DNA of 63,501 nucleotides, counting the filler, from Salisapilia sapeloensis CBS 127946 (lineage: Eukaryota; Protista; Oomycota): the NCBI GenBank assembly GCA_023334545.1. It is 6 parts of 6 records of this genome, joined end to end, with 100 filler letters (N's around TTAATTAATTAA, not from the genome) between each part and the next. Parts side by side here need not be neighbours in the genome. Positions count along the whole stretch, not along the records: positions 19,550 to 46,955 come from JAADVB010000235.1; 5 more parts are not named here. The stretch is one strand, 5' to 3'. Position 1 is the stretch's first letter. The number at the start of each line of letters is the position of its first letter. Made by a program: the position numbers and the translations under genes. Below the pieces are notes generated by a model, which worked only from the letters and a program-made list of their open reading frames with translations, was not told the origin of the DNA and ran no database searches. Of this stretch, positions 23,959 to 38,578 are shown piece after piece.

Positions 23959-24090
23959 GGTGACGGTAGGAAGGAGGAAAAAGTCGAAATGAACAGATCA
24001 ACTAGGACGTGTTTACGCTAGAGTGGGATGACAAGGGGTTCGATCCGAGCTATTATTATCTGCTAGATTACCCACTCGTGGCATCATCCA

Positions 24091-26387
24091 TTATGCTTTA
24101 AGACTAGGAGCTGTACTTGATTGCATCCACGTACGAACGTGTTCGAGCCAGTGTTTCGCCATTTCTTCTTCTTTTTCCAGGTACCCGAGAAAGTAGGCGC
24201 CGACACTTGCCGCCATGACACCGAGGACATAGTACCGCTTGCTCGTGAAGAGCTTACTTGCACGTAGTCTTGAGCTTCGTGGACTAGACAATATATGAAT
24301 AAACTAGTAGAGATAATAAAGGCAATGAACTCATACGGATGGAGAGCGGTGCGGACGATTTGCGCGATGGCCTTCTTCCGGCTATCTTCATCGTCACACG
24401 CGACCCACGCCGGTAGTTGCTTTAGTAGACCTTCGCGCGCCATATCCTCTTCCTCCGACTTGTGTCGATCGTCACTAATACCCAAGAGTACCTTTGGGAC
24501 AGACGATGGCAGGCGGCGAGAGACATTGTCTACGTACCGCATACTGTCTGCATCTCTCGGATTAAAGAGCACACCCACGACATCGGCTTTCTCCTCTACT
24601 TTCTCACCTGGCAAAGCTTCCGTCAGTAACAAGTACTTGACGCCATCTCGTTCCGTCACAACATCATTCACCGCTTGGACGGCAGCGACATTCGGCATCG
24701 CATCGCCGTTTAAAAAGGAATTCACGAGACGACTCGTATCGGTCTGAGGCGCACAGTAGAGGTAGCACGTGAGGAGATTACGGTCCGTCTGATCGGCATG
24801 TCGTGCCAATCGACGCGACCTCGTGGCTTCCAACGCCGGGAAGTGCCGATCGTCGTAGCCGAGGTGGAAGAGGCACTCTAACGTCCGCTGTGGCATCTCC
24901 TGCGCGAGGAAACTCCAGCAAGCGAGCCACGATGACGTCGGAAGCGTCTTCCGATCGTCCACAATGACTTGCTGATGTAGGAGCGGGACGGATTTCGGGA
25001 GATAGTACTCCCACGGCGCCATGCCTTCTGAAGTGATGGAAAAGAGTTCGTTCATCTCTTCCAACGACACATTTCCGTCTTTATTCGCGTCAAATTGTTT
25101 AATCAGATTCGAAAGAAAGTCTAATGCATGCGGAGATAGTTGAATCGACTGATCCTCTTCATGCTCTGGCACGGCAACACGATCCGGTGGGATCTCAAGC
25201 TTGAGCTCGTTGTTATATCCGAGACAGCGCAAGGCTTGCCAGCAGCTTTCCGGACGATGGCGATCGATAAAGAGCTGCCAGAGGTAGGAGAAGCCTTCGA
25301 GATTGAGACCACTGCCGTCTGGAAGCACGCCATCTTGGACAGTAGACGACAAAAAGTCTAGTAAGGTGTCCATCTCGGTGCTAACGAGACGCATGCCAAA
25401 GCAGTCGTGTTGGAAATCATTGAGTTCGTCTCGACTTAATTTTCCGTTACGATCGCGATCGTATAGACGAAAGATACGTTTAATCGCTTTCATACATGCA
25501 GGTTTTAATTTCTATTCGATCATATGAATGACTGGCAATACAAGAAGATATGGAATTTCAGTTACGTACACGAGCACGTGGATTGTAAAGAGGTTCGAGA
25601 GGATAGAGGACGGATTTCTGAGCCAAGTAGAATGCTTTTGCTACTTGAGAAAAGTTCTTTGCCGAGCATTCCATCCTTGCGACGATAAACTATCGCCATC
25701 TTATCAGTTTTATTCGTTATAAGGAGTAGACAAGTGATATACCGGATAGGTGGATAGGAGAGATTGCACTTGGTTAGCGTACTGCGTCTCGTTTGCTGGC
25801 GTCGGTCCATTGGAATCGGATTTATTCCCAACGAGGACGACCGGGAGTTCCTTTTGCTTCGCGATTTGGTCCAGCCACCGACGTAAGCGCTGGAACGTCT
25901 CGGGTCGAGTCAAGTCGTACACAAGTAGAATTGCATCACTACGTTTCGCTGCATTGCCCACACGCACGCTCTCGGATACACGTGCTACGGAATATCCATA
26001 AGAAGAGTGGATCATGTGCTAGATATACAAGTCAGACGTACACATCGTGTCCGTAATGGAGATGACGACATTCTCGTCACTTTCTTCTGCAGGGATCTGA
26101 ACATTCTGGAGGACGGAAGGCACCTTCTCCGTGTAATGGCGCGACACGAGTGTGCAGATGAGCGAAGTCTTGCCGACTTTATCATCTCCAAGCACCTCGA
26201 TGCGAACGAATTGAGGTTTTAACTGTCGCTTGTCTCGAAGAGACTGCTGTGCGTCTTCATTTGAAGTGCCTGTAGTGCTACTCGTGCCGCTGCGGGCACT
26301 CGGAGCTCGTGAACGCCGCGCGACCATCGTCGACAAGTGGAGATCGTCGTGTTTGTCATGTCGCAAGAAGGTCGCATCGGAGGACAC
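24091..26387 (-). CDS. RHOT: Mitochondrial Rho GTPase Miro (5 exons)
   Basis: GTPase 1 VLGDDKVGKTSL..ECSAK..AQKSVLYP, EF hands (RLYDRDRNGKLS, FDANKDGNVS), degenerate GTPase 2, C-terminal TM anchor. Introns 25985-26041, 25690-25742, 25512-25569 and 24284-24336 restore the frame. The start could be 26327. Confidence 0.9.
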
Positions 26388-27494
26388 GGAGGTTGCAGCA
26401 AAGGACTAGACGGTCCATGCGAGCGGATCTTGGTGGTCAAGAACTTCAATCACAAAGCACTGGATGGGCTTCCACTTGAGAGGCAATTGCTAGAAGATTG
26501 TGGCGTGTGTATCCAGCGACAGCGCAAGATCGGAGGAAGCTATTTTAGGAGATAAGGACGACGATTGTTGGAAGAGTCGTGCGACATCAAGGATATAAAT
26601 ATCTACAGATTGTTGCCTGGTCTGAGATGACATGAGATGACGGAAAACCGATGTCCCATGAGCGCGAGTAGGGATGCTCTATAGTATCCCATTAAATACG
26701 TGTTCACATCATGGATGGACCGAACGGATCAGCATGCGTGTTGCGAGCGCCGAGCTTGCGTGACGGTTTGCCAAAACCGGGCCGCTCTGTTCCGTTCGCC
26801 ATCGATTACGCGAGGTAGCGTGCATACTAATCTACTTCGTGCGGGAAAGTGGATGGAAAGCCCCCAAACCGGCGTTTTCAGATACGAATAACGAGACACA
26901 TGGGATCATTCGATCTTGCGATGAAAAAAGCTTTACGGTAGACATGGCTAGTAACGAATCCCGTCGACGATATTTATAGAAGTTGCTTGCATGACTGGTG
27001 CAACTGTTACACCGTAGCACAGTATCGCACCTTTCAATCGAAAGAGGAGCCGGATCGATTGAAAATTTGCTTCAACGTGCATTTATACCGAAAGCACGTT
27101 ATATCGATTGGATTGGACACCACTTGCTGACAATACGGCTTGCCTTGCATTTCGATTAGCTCATTAATCATGTACGCGTAAGCATCGACACTGCTGTCCT
27201 CTCTACGTCTGAATAAACACAGCCACCGAGCGGATGAGTTTAACTTCAACGTCCCTTCATCATCCGCGATCGATCGGGCATCAAAATTCGGGCATCAAAA
27301 TTTTATCCTAGGCACTTCGCGAGTATTACGAGGGCAAAGCGCCTTGTCGCATCGCGCTTCAGCCAGACTGGACTGCGAGTGGACGTGGACAGGGCCTGGA
27401 TTCTCGTCTTTTTTAGTCTGCCTCCACCTGGACAGCTCGTTTGATCCCTAGACGCATAAATCGACCTGCCGTTTGAGGCCGCATTACTACTTTT

Positions 27495-27508
27495 TCATTT
27501 TGAAATTC
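27495..27508 (+). promoter_or_regulatory. Oomycete INR+FPR core promoter
   Basis: TCATTTTGAAATTC is a perfect match to TCAYTYBNNNWTTY, ending 10 nt upstream of the ATG at 27518. Confidence 0.7.
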
Positions 27509-27517
27509 ACGGCTTTG

Positions 27518-28267
27518 ATGACCAAGATGCCTCCTAGTGATGTGGGCGGCCACCATATAGCCTCAGGCATGCCCTTTTACGAGGGTAACCAACGAGAGGA
27601 CATGGTCGAATCCAAAGCTGAAGTTAGCATGGACGATACCGAGAGTGACGAGGAGAACCAAGGGCGAGTACGACAGAGCTTGACCAACACAGACCAGGCA
27701 TGCAAGGCGTCCATTGCATTCATCCTAGACGATCGAGGGACAGACCAGGAAGCTCGACAAGCCTCCCACTCATCTGACTCATCCTCGTCCAAGTCAGGCA
27801 AACGAGCGTATATTAAAAAATCGCGATTGTGTAAAGTGGACGGCTGCACACGCTACGTCGTGAACCGGGGATTATGCATTGGACATGGGGTATGTCTACC
27901 ATGCCAGCTCAACCAATACAATCGGAAAGACTGATGAAATTGTGGATAATAGGGAGGCAAGCGGTGCTCTGTTGAAGGATGCACGAGCAGTGCGAAAAAC
28001 GGTGGCGTCTGTTGGAAACACGGCGGATCGACACAATGCACAGTCGCCGGGTGCTCTAATCGAGCAAAGTCCCGTGGCGTCTGCTGGTCTCACGGCGGTG
28101 GTCGCAAGTGCAAGTCGGAAGATTGCAATAAGACAGCCGTATCCAATGGTTTATGCTGGCGCCACGGTGGTGGCAAGCGCTGCATCGTCGACGGGTGCAA
28201 GAAGCCAGCATATGAACGGAATGGGAACCTATGCAGCGTGCATCAGGAAACTTCTCAAACCGTCTAG
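27518..28267 (+). CDS. Cys/His zinc-finger repeat protein (WRKY19-like C-x4-C-x9-C-x2-H repeats; 2 exons)
   Basis: After splicing GTATGT..AATAG (~27890-27950) there are five repeats: CKVDGC..GLCIGH, CSVEGC..GVCWKH, CTVAGC..GVCWSH, CKSEDC..GLCWRH, CIVDGC..LCSVH. Confidence 0.85.
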
Positions 28268-28572
28268 TAGTGATAGCAGCGACGATAACAAAAGTTATAC
28301 CGGATCCTCCGTTTTGTAGATAGAATCGAAAGCATGTTGTGAACTGTTTCCTCTAGGTAGTCAAACAAGTACCATTTAATTATATCGCATCGTCTCTTGT
28401 CGTTTCTTTCTGCCTTCTCAGGCGACTATAGAGCATCGTGCTCGAGTACATTTACGCTACGATGACCTCCATGGAGACGCCCGTCTTCTACCCAAGAGGA
28501 CATTTTTTCCCCCGCCAGCTGCCCCAGCGAGAAAATTTTTGTATCCACAACGTCACAAAAGATTGGATTGCA

Positions 28573-28878
28573 TCATGCTGAATTAGCTACAAGCGTTAGG
28601 AGGTGAATGCAATGCAAACCACAGCGACGTCCATGTGTCTTCCCTCTCGCAGCTCCTTCCCTACCGTCGGACATGGATGGCGTCTTGCGTTCGTTGGACA
28701 CTTCATCGGCATCGGAAACGTGGCATTCCAGATAGTTCAAACGACCGACTAAATCACACACTCCTTTACGTGCTCGTCGAAGGTGATTGAGTTCGTTCGT
28801 ATAGACGGCGAACGGTATCTCAGCCAAGGATAAGTAGATCAAATAGTATAGATAGTGCCGAGAAAGGGGAGATATCAT
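28573..28878 (-). CDS. Hypothetical small protein (possibly an exon of a spliced gene)
   Basis: 101-aa ATG-initiated ORF with a protein-like helical middle (VYTNELNHLRRARKGVCDLVGRLNYLE). No recognised family. Confidence 0.3.
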   Translation of the reverse strand: MISPLSRHYLYYLIYLSLAEIPFAVYTNELNHLRRARKGVCDLVGRLNYLECHVSDADEVSNERKTPSMSDGREGAARGKTHGRRCGLHCIHLLTLVANSA

Positions 28879-28954
28879 AGACGAAAATGTAGGAAAATCA
28901 GAAAGAATCTGCTATATGACCGGTAACCTGCGCTATACTTGCTCTCGTGTAGGC

Positions 28955-31117
28955 CTACAGCGTCGTGTCGAGGGAGCTCAGGAGTTTCTCCATCTTCTCG
29001 AGCTCTTGCTTGAACCTCGCTTTCACATTTCCCAGCTCGGGCGGATTCGGATCGTCCTCGGCACTCACCAATTTTCGTAAATTTGGCGACAACTTGAGTG
29101 AATTCACGCCGCCACGGTCGTCGCCTACGAGTAGGATTGGATCCATGGAATTAAAAGCCACATGCGTTAATTTGGCTTTCTTGACCACTTTTTGTTCACA
29201 CAGCGGCTCGTTCTTGTTCTCTGCCAGGTCAAACACGTGCACTTTACCGTCGTTGGTGACGGCTGCAAACACGGTAGAAGAGTATGGTGCCCACGCAACG
29301 TCTCCTACTGCATTTCCAAGATCAAAAGACATGATCGGATGCGTCTGACTATGGTCCCATAGCTTCACCGTCCAATCAGCACTACAAGAGAGGAAGCATC
29401 GCTCGTGGAATGGATTCCAGCGAACACTAAAGACAGCCATGTGATGCCCAGAGTAGGTCTCGAGGTACTGACCGCTGTATGCCTTGGAGCATTTATGAAG
29501 CTTACCTTCTTCCGTCCCGACAATGAACAAATGCTCACTAAAACGATTAAAATCAAAGCAAGAACCACTTGCGAAACCAGACAAAGACGACTCCTCCAAG
29601 TCGTCTTTCATCGCCGCAACTAGTTTCAACTGCATCACAGGCTCCATCTTGAGTTCATTCTTACTCAAGATCCAATTCGCCACACGTCCATCGGATGAGA
29701 TCGAGTAGAAATTTAGTTCCTTGGCCAAATCCTCCTCTTGCCAATATACTTGCCATACAGGGTCGGTGTGCTTACCAGTCTTAATCGTAGACGTATACAC
29801 TGGTTTATTCGATTTATTACGAACGTCGTACACTAGGACAGTACCATCGTAGCATCCGACAGCCAAGAGAGCAGCATGTTGTGGATGGAAATCAAGGCAC
29901 ATGACACCAGACTCGGTTGCAAATGTAAACTCCGGATGAGAAGCGTTTTTAAGTGAAAAGCAGCAGATGACGCCACTCCCTTGCTTGAGAAAATCATATG
30001 AGCCAAAGCCAACAGCAAAGAGATCGCCGAAGCGAGGGTTCCAGCATACAGAGGTGACCTGTTTCTTCTTCGATCGTTCGCTCGAGAATCGCCACAAAGG
30101 GAGCAGAGATCCTTCTCCTTCTCGAAATTGATCGCTCGCGTCTTCCCAGTACTTAAAATCCTGAAAGATTTCATCGTCAGCGTTTTGATTCACCATGCGT
30201 TCAATCACACGAAGTGTCTTGCCCATAGCCGCAGAGTGTACTGCGTCATCGTTCTTTCCTTTGCCTCCAGTAGCCGGACCGGTATCTGTCGCAGCAGCGA
30301 TTAAAGCATCAGCACCAGTTGTGTCTTTATCATCTTTTTCTTTCTTCTGTGCTGCTTTCTGTAACTGAATTTGCTCTCGTTGTTGCTGATCATAGGCATC
30401 CATGAAAGTATCGTAGATCTCCCACTGAGTGACACTCGCCATGAAGGTTACCACAGGAGGTGGCTCCGTCTCCACAGCTCGCTGACGAAGTGGATTCGTG
30501 TACGTCTGAGCAGCCCGTTCACTGTAGTTAAATTGATTCTTTCCAGACTCGTACTGGACAGACTTTTCATCGAACTTTTCACCCTTGGTCTCTGCTTCCT
30601 CTCTTGCGACTTGGACAGCTGCCTCATACGCCTCTTTCTCCTCTTCCTGACGCTTCTGTTCATACGCCGCCTGTGTCTTCGCATCCTCTGATTCTTTATG
30701 AAGGAGACTTCCGTCGATACCCAAATGGACGTATAAGTGATCACCAGCACCAGGCGGATCCACCTTGTACGTTCGTTCCTTGTAATTGTATTTGGTAATG
30801 TTCGTCGGTACATTCGGGTCATTCGCCGTGAGCACGCGTGAAAACTCTTCATGCAACTCGGCTTCGGTCAACTGGAGCTGGTTGTCTGGGACCACAATTC
30901 GACGTACCTATCGGTGCAAAAGTACATAAATACATGGTAAATCAAAAGCTGACAACTGGCATACCGGTTCGGTGTAGCCATCTACATCATCATGGTCTTG
31001 GGTGGTATTAGCATGCGAATCAAGCTTGCTTTCTTTTTCACTATTCTCAGTAGCTGCTGGAGCCTTTGCTTCTTTCCCTTTCTTCTTCGTAGGTGGCACA
31101 GGTCGACGTGGAGCCAT
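28955..31117 (-). CDS. DNAI1: Axonemal outer-arm dynein intermediate chain 1 (IC78-like; WD40; 2 exons)
   Basis: PDNQLQLTEAELHEEFSRVLTANDP..ITKYNY, FNYSERAAQT, ERMVNQN, LLPLWRF and WD40 repeats, matching DNAI1. Intron GTATGC..ATAG ~30908-30964. Confidence 0.9.
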
Positions 31118-31315
31118 CGTCCGTCGATGTCGGAACGGAGCTTGTGACCGTTAACACTCGCGCCTCTTCATGATACTCTTTACTAATAACACGTATGGTA
31201 AATAATCCATACACTGTATAAAACTATTGAAGATGATTTAGTAGATGTGTTATTAGCAGAAAATAGATGTAGGAAAAGTAATTCTTTGGTCATCAAGTAG
31301 CAAAAATCGGCGAAG

Positions 31316-34300
31316 ATGGCGAACGCCATAGGAGTACGAGCTCCAGTACCAAAGGAGCCGATAACACCGCACTGCGGGATCATCGTTGCTTCCAGACGGT
31401 TCTTCTTCTTAGCGAATGGCGTCTACATCTTTATATTTGTGCAAGAACATAAGCAGACGTACTATAGTCGATCACCTACAGGTCGATCTGCAAATCCTCC
31501 AGCTCAAACGAAGCACAAGTACCCTCCATCCTGGTCACGTGAAAGTCTACGTGCTTGCCAATTCGTACTATGGCAAGTTATCCAAATGCCAAGTCCCATA
31601 CGCAGCCTAAATGGCTGTAATAGCGATCTAAAAGGTACGAGCGGATCGTTCCTTGCGAAAGGCTGTGTCGCTGTCGTGCTCCAGGATGGACATGGCTCGC
31701 TACTGAGTCCTACCGACGAAGAGTTTACATCTAGTGATTATAATCGCGAAGCAGATGAACAATCAGCAGCTTACAACCGTGTTCATCTGCATATGAAAGC
31801 ACCGACATGGAGTGAACAGGTACGATGGCGTAGCGACGATCCGCACTTCCAGCATCTAAAGTTCATCGAGCGAGATGCGCATCTCTATCTCTTTGCTGGT
31901 GGACTCTACGTTACCATTTACAAGGTACTAGAAGACGAAGTTCGAGTCCATTTCCATAAACGGTTTTCTGCTAGCGAGCACCAGAGTACTCGATCGATTG
32001 ATCACTTCAGTGTCGCCGAGTCCGGCGAATTCGTCGCGACAGCAAGTACACATGACCGTATAGTCAAATTATGGAGTGTCGGGTACAGCGAAAGCGATGA
32101 TCCGCCGACGTGTTCCTTCATTCCACATACTCGAGCAGTAGTCCAGATGCGATTTATCGAAGGACAGCATCGACACACGCGTCGCAAGTCATCTGCTGTG
32201 TCAACTCGACCGATCCATACGCTCTGTGTGCTCGATCGTTCTGGTACGATCACGCTATGGGGTGAGAGTACAGCCCATCCAAAGACATTTATCGCTTGGA
32301 AGAGCTTATCGAACGAACTCAATGGTTCGATCGATCATCACACTGCCACGTGCTTTGGATTAGTTAATCACCTATGGACACAACGACCGCCACGTTCGTT
32401 CGAGACGTTGGAAGAAGCGTTATTAGATGAAGAAAACGTCATTTCGTCACTTAGTAGAGAAAAGTACGGTATTGAAAATCTAGCTTCCTATGAACAGGTA
32501 CAGGGACTCTTGCCAGCGAACAGTAACATCGTCCGCCATCAACTGAAAGGAGAGATGCATCCTCAGCATCAAGTAGCGGACACGGCGTATGCTAGTCAAT
32601 GTCCTGGCACATACTTGCTCTACGCCGTTCGTACGAATGGGCATTTAGCACTATACCGTGTATCCTCCACGAGTGCCGTAGCATCGACGTCGTTGCTGCT
32701 CGAGTATGATGGACTCGAGAAGCAATTAGCTGATGCAATTGTCTACGATGTGAACACTCCTAATTATAGAGAGTGTGATCAAGGCTCCTCGACGTTTGTG
32801 CTTGAAGTCGTCTTCCAGCCAAAGCATCATGATCCTCGACCACAGATCGCGAGACTCAAGTTACATGCATATCGTGCTCCAAAGCTCTTTTCAGATAAAG
32901 AGAAGAAGACAGGTCTTCTCTACTCTGTCCAGCAAGTTCAAGTGACTTCATTAACAGATTCGATTTTACAAGCTAGAAAAGTGCCAGAGGTCGACTCCAA
33001 GTCCATGCTACTTGGTAGTATGATACCAAGTGTAGATGCAAAAGGAACTGATCATGACAGGGAATATCGAAAGCTTATTGTGCAGTCCAACGTTCATGGA
33101 CTAGATCTGATGCAAGGGAATGATGCACTTACGTCAGTGTCTGTCGTGTCGGAGAAAAGTGGACAATGGGACGGATGTGTCTGGTGGAAAGAGCTTGGGA
33201 TGCTAATAGCTACTCGAGAAGGAAAATTGTATGCTCGAGAGCTACCAGAGTCTGATGAAGAAGCAGGAGATACAGTGGAAGGACTTGTGCCTCTAGAAAC
33301 AGACGATGAATGCGGTCGTGTGCTATGTCTGTCGCTTATCCAGGTACCTTCCAGTTTGGAGCAAGTGTGGTCTAATCCGATGATGCAGACGTTAGATGCA
33401 GACGAAAAGACTTTCTATCGTGGAGTAATAGGACTTGAAGACGGTACATCTATCATCCACATGTGGATTCTAACTAACACCAAGGGAGATGACAAGTCTT
33501 CATTGTCTATACTTCAGAAAACAAAAGTGACGCTACCTACAAACCACTTACTACGTGTATGCTCCGTCCAATCGACTCCAGTCACGAGCATAATGTTCAT
33601 GACAATGGACACGAAAATAGGCCTAGATGTATGGACATTTCCAGATACAGACGACCTAAGTACCGTGCAAAATGTACATCACATGGATCTAGCAGAAATG
33701 ATAAAGACACAGGATCAAGAATCTTCTGCTACAAAGAACCAGTGGTTCCGTTCGAAAGAAACAAAAGCATATACCTTACAGGACTTTAAAAGCAGTTTGT
33801 CTGGCAAAGTCGCTATCGCTTTGATGGAAGAAGGAGTAGATGCGACTAGAATATGTGTATTCTCTGCATTCGAAGTCGCACTAGAATGCTGCATCACTTT
33901 GACACATAAAAGCTATGGAGTTGTTTCTCAAATCGAATGGGGACCACCTACTGCTGCTGGAGCTCACAGCCAGCTCGTCTTCGTCTCCACTACTATGATC
34001 GGATGCATGACTCGACATGACACTGGACAATGGCAAGTAGTGTATACGTCCAAGCACGATACAGACCAACCTCTGGCGCTGTCTCCATTGAGCTACTACC
34101 CCAAGTGTGTCACTTCTAGAGGTGAGTTGATTAGCACGATGGACCTAGAACAGATACGCTCCATGTCCAAGGCAGAGGTAGGTGTAAGCGAGGCGACGAA
34201 AAAGTACTGGGCGCATCATCCAGTCTTGTTACTGTCCTACCTCATGTCCGGGTCATTTACCTTGCTGCAGCATGTTCTGGACCATTGGAAGACGAATATG

Positions 34301-37300
34301 GAGCAACATGAAAGCAATGCTTACTTGCAGATGACGAGCGAATGTCCGATGCAAGAGCTTTCTCTCCTTCCAATCTCCACTTTACTCGATAAAGTACAGG
34401 AAGATGCAAAGTCCAAGTCATGGATCTCGAACGGAACGACTTCGACGTCTATAGAGTCACCAGCAAGAGCAAGTGACCTTTTTGCAATGGACAGAGATGG
34501 TCGAACTAAAAAGAGTGAAGATCGAGCAGACATGCTCTTCGCTCCTACGTACACAGACGAAGGATCAACTGTATCTGTATCCAAGACGAAAGAGCCGTAT
34601 GCTGAACTTGTTTCATCGTTCTATTCTACTTTCTTTCGTGACCGTGCTGCATCTCTATCCTTTTTAACTGATGAAGAGACACGACAGCTTTGTAGCATCA
34701 CAGACAAGATGGGTGACACAATCCGTTGGAGCTGCAACGACGGGAAAGACAGAGATGAAGCCTCACGTCGTTTCCTTGTCAGTACACTATGGGAAGAAGC
34801 CTCGAGGGATGGCATTTGCTCGGAGCGTGTCGCGTGGGCTGCCATGAGCCAAGACCAGGACGCTCTCCTATCAGCCTGTTTCCCACAGCGTCAACTCACA
34901 TGGAGTCAAGTCAAGTACTGGCGGCTTCCATTCTGGATCCAACGCTCTGCAGCACTAGAACAAGTGACACAGCGAGTGGCACAGACGGAGTTTACCATGT
35001 ACAAAGATCCGTTCCAAGTTGCTGTCTTCTATGTCTTACTAGGCAAAACAAAGTTACTAGCAAGTCTTTTTAAAATGGCTGATGAAGGGAAGATCCATGC
35101 CTTATTGATGAACGACTTTACACAAGATCGATGGCAGAAGGCAGCGATTAAAAACGCATATGTGCTCAAGACAAAGCAAAAGTACACGTTATCAGCTGCC
35201 TTCTTCTTGCTTGGAGGAAGATTAAAGGAAGCAGTGTACGTCGCTGAACAAGCAGATCAGTCGCTCTGTCTGTCATTACTTATTGCTAGAGTGATGGAAA
35301 AAGCAGACTTTGAAGGATGTGAAGCGAATGGATCTGCAGTCGAAGTATCGTCGTTTATAACTGGTATGAGCTCTAGCTTGCGGCAATTGGATCAGACGAA
35401 CGGAGAATCGAAAGTAGACTTGACACAAGAGTTCTGGAAGGATAAAGTAGATGGACGAGCCAAGGATTGTAATGACGTTTATATGCAGTTTCTCGTTCGG
35501 TATGTACGAGGAGATAAGATGGATGCTGTACGGTCACTCCTGACAATCGACGGCAAGGTGCACTGCATCTTCGACCCGAACGATAGGCAGGACGAAGCCT
35601 TGTACTGGCGGACGTTTGGACAGAGTCTACTTGGCGCTTGTGAACTCGTACGCGTACTAAAATCTCAGCTTCCAAAGCTCAGCTCTACGATGAAAGGTCA
35701 GATACTACGACTACAAGCAATCACGCAGCATCGACTGCATAACTTAGGACTAGACGTCTTAGCTCTCTTGCATGCAACTAGTTTCGGAGAGTTCTTCCAG
35801 CAAGTTGCTCGAGAGCAAATGAAAAGCGTAGATGTGCCGATATTACTAGGATATCGCTTCCAAGTGTTAATGAAAGTCGGTACGACGTGGGCGGACAGTG
35901 TCAGCGAACGCTTTGAAGAATCCTTAGTACAGATGCTTACAGCCAACAAGCGTCCAGACAAGTTGGAAGATGCGATTGATAAAGAGATACATGCGCTAGC
36001 TGAAAGCAGTTCTCCATTCTCCTTGATGAACCATCCAGAGACACAGACGAAGAGTCTTGAAATGGATCTTCGTGTAGCTGTCATCAAGTCGTTAGAACGT
36101 TCCGATCGACTGTCCAGTGCGGACTATATGGTATCCTATTGGATGCTTCCATCCCACACACTGTCCAAGACACAGGTACTCTTGAATCCTGTTCGACGGT
36201 ACATTGACCAGATCACGGACGGTATCGAGTTCCTCATGTCAGGCAACTTCTCCCAGCCCGCTACAAATGCGCTGTACGCGACGAAAGTGGAGGAGACGAG
36301 TATGGAGCTACTGGATGTATCCTCCCAGCTTCTACAGTGGCTCAGCTGCTACTACTCGAAGCCGATACAGAAGAGATCTACGCTGCAGGGTAGTGTCTTT
36401 GTACGTGTTGTCGCTGCAGCCATCTACTGCGTTCTCAGCGTCTGCTGTCGATATCTAAAGTGTCCGAGCTGTATGCGTCGAGCCTTGCACATGATCTTTC
36501 CACACAAACAAGAGCTGTCAGCAGATGCGATCGATAAAGTCGCAGACATTGCATTGGCAGAAGTCTGCATCCACTGTAACGAGGCAGAGAAGCTGACATC
36601 AGCGTCTTCTGATAAAACATCCGAGTACTCCTTAGCGAGCTGTCTATGGGAAGAGCTACCGAGATTGTATCAAATGATAACGACAATGAAGTCAGAGGTC
36701 TCGGTCTTCGCGTCTGAAGTCAAGACACGTCGTGTTGGCAATGCTACGTCTCCTCTCTTCTCTTACTGTCAGTATTGGGGACTACTCCTGACCGAGAGTG
36801 CCGATAAACTACCAAAGCACTTGGAGAACATTGCTATGGATGGATATCAAGATACCTTTGAGGCAGTTGCGGTGACGAGACGACTGCTAAGTACCTGGTC
36901 AGCATACAGAGACTTCTTGTCTCTGTATGGCTCCAAGGGTCTACTAGATGAATTCGTTTTTGCTTTTATTCGTGACAATGAAAATACGCCACCAGTGCAC
37001 TTGATAGATGAAAAACAGGTACAAGCAGACATTCAGCCTGTCAAGTGCTCGTGCAGTCGATGTCCATGGAGAGTCATCCTAGAGCTCTTTGTGTCCTCGG
37101 ATCGACTGTCGAAGCAACTGACGGACGAGCTCCTTCGGTCGTCTCAAAGACTAGACAAGGCTGTTCAGTGGGAAGAGATGCTTGGCTTCTCTGTGTCTTC
37201 TCTAGCTGACAAACTCCCGCTGTCTCCTAGCTCAGCGCAAAGATCTAGAATACAGCTCACGAAGAACTGCGTCTATAAGAACGAAGGCCCTGTCCGGTCT

Positions 37301-38578
37301 CTATGCTTTAACATGGCTAGCGACAATATGGAGATGGTCGTCTGTGGAGAGAAAGGTATCTGCAGGACGTCGAATGATCCACTTCGAGACAGTATGTATC
37401 AGTTTAAGGGCATGTTCACGAATCCGAATGTCGTGGGCTCTTTATCTCCATCGAACCGAGTTGTTGGATCGACGTCATTATCTCCACCGGCAGGTAGGAA
37501 CGTACCTATTCGATCACCGACCAAGGATGTGAAAGCTCTACCTTTTAAACCGTCGGCAGTAGCATCTCATCCTACACTTCCATTCTTTGCGTCAGGTGAT
37601 CATGGTGGGAGGATGCATCTATGGTCGTTCGAGAGCTTAAGTCCCATCCACATCTTCCCTCTTCCGCTATTCGTAAGTCTCTACATCTGTCACTTGTCTG
37701 TCATCTACTCACGAGTTTGCTATAGGACGGATCAAAAGCAGCGAACGCACATGTCGTGAGGCGACTACAGTTTGATGGTTTCGGGAGAGATGTACGCATA
37801 TCATATAAAGTGTATAGCGACGTCTTTCTAAATGCTAACATCTTCTTCTCTGTAGCTGGCTGCAATGCATTCGAGTGGATACGTCTCTATGTACAAGCCA
37901 GACCATCTGAACAGCGCTTCACCGTCGTACGAGCTCCAGTGCCATGACAAGAGCGGACGAGCGATCTCGTTCTTACACCAGCCGAACATCATTGCAACTG
38001 CAGGACTATCCTCCGAGTACGTTTTACTTTACTTGAACACTTTCCGACGTTATTTATCTTTACCTCTACGCTATAGGAAACGAAATGTGGCACTGTGGGA
38101 TCTGCTACAGCCAGCTTCAAGTGCCTTGATAGCGTCTCCTGTGTGCCATCCTGCAGGTGCGACGTCGCTTACGTTTGCGTCGTCACAGCAGCTTTTGCTA
38201 TCCGGTGGAGAGAATGGAGAGATCTCGTTCTTTGATGTCCGCCAGCAGAGAGTACTGCATACGATATCCGCTGCACATGACACGCCGGTGACGATGTTGA
38301 CGGTCCATCCGAGTGGATCGTGCGTACTGTCTGGATCGGCCGCAGGAGATGTCAAGATTTGGGCCTTATCTACGTTCCGAGAAGTGATGACAGAGCCGAA
38401 GCTGCATGCAAAGACGTCATTCTTCAGCGACGCTGCGTCCAGCATCTTTGGAAGCAGTGTGTCTAGTGTCGCTGGTGGCGTATGCGACGCTGTTGCAACA
38501 CAAATGGCATTCTTTTCAGGCGGCGCAGATGGATCGGTGCACAAGTTTGATCTGCCTTCCATGCGGTCGTTAGTATAG
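31316..38578 (+). CDS. DMXL: RAVE complex Rav1 / rabconnectin-3 alpha (DmX-like) WD40 protein
   Basis: 2147-codon ORF with the Rav1p_C signature (DPFQVAVFYVLLGK..LFK..FTQDRWQKAAIKNAYVL..SAAFFLLGG). Three short 3' introns join C-terminal WD40 repeats ending at 38578. Confidence 0.85.
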
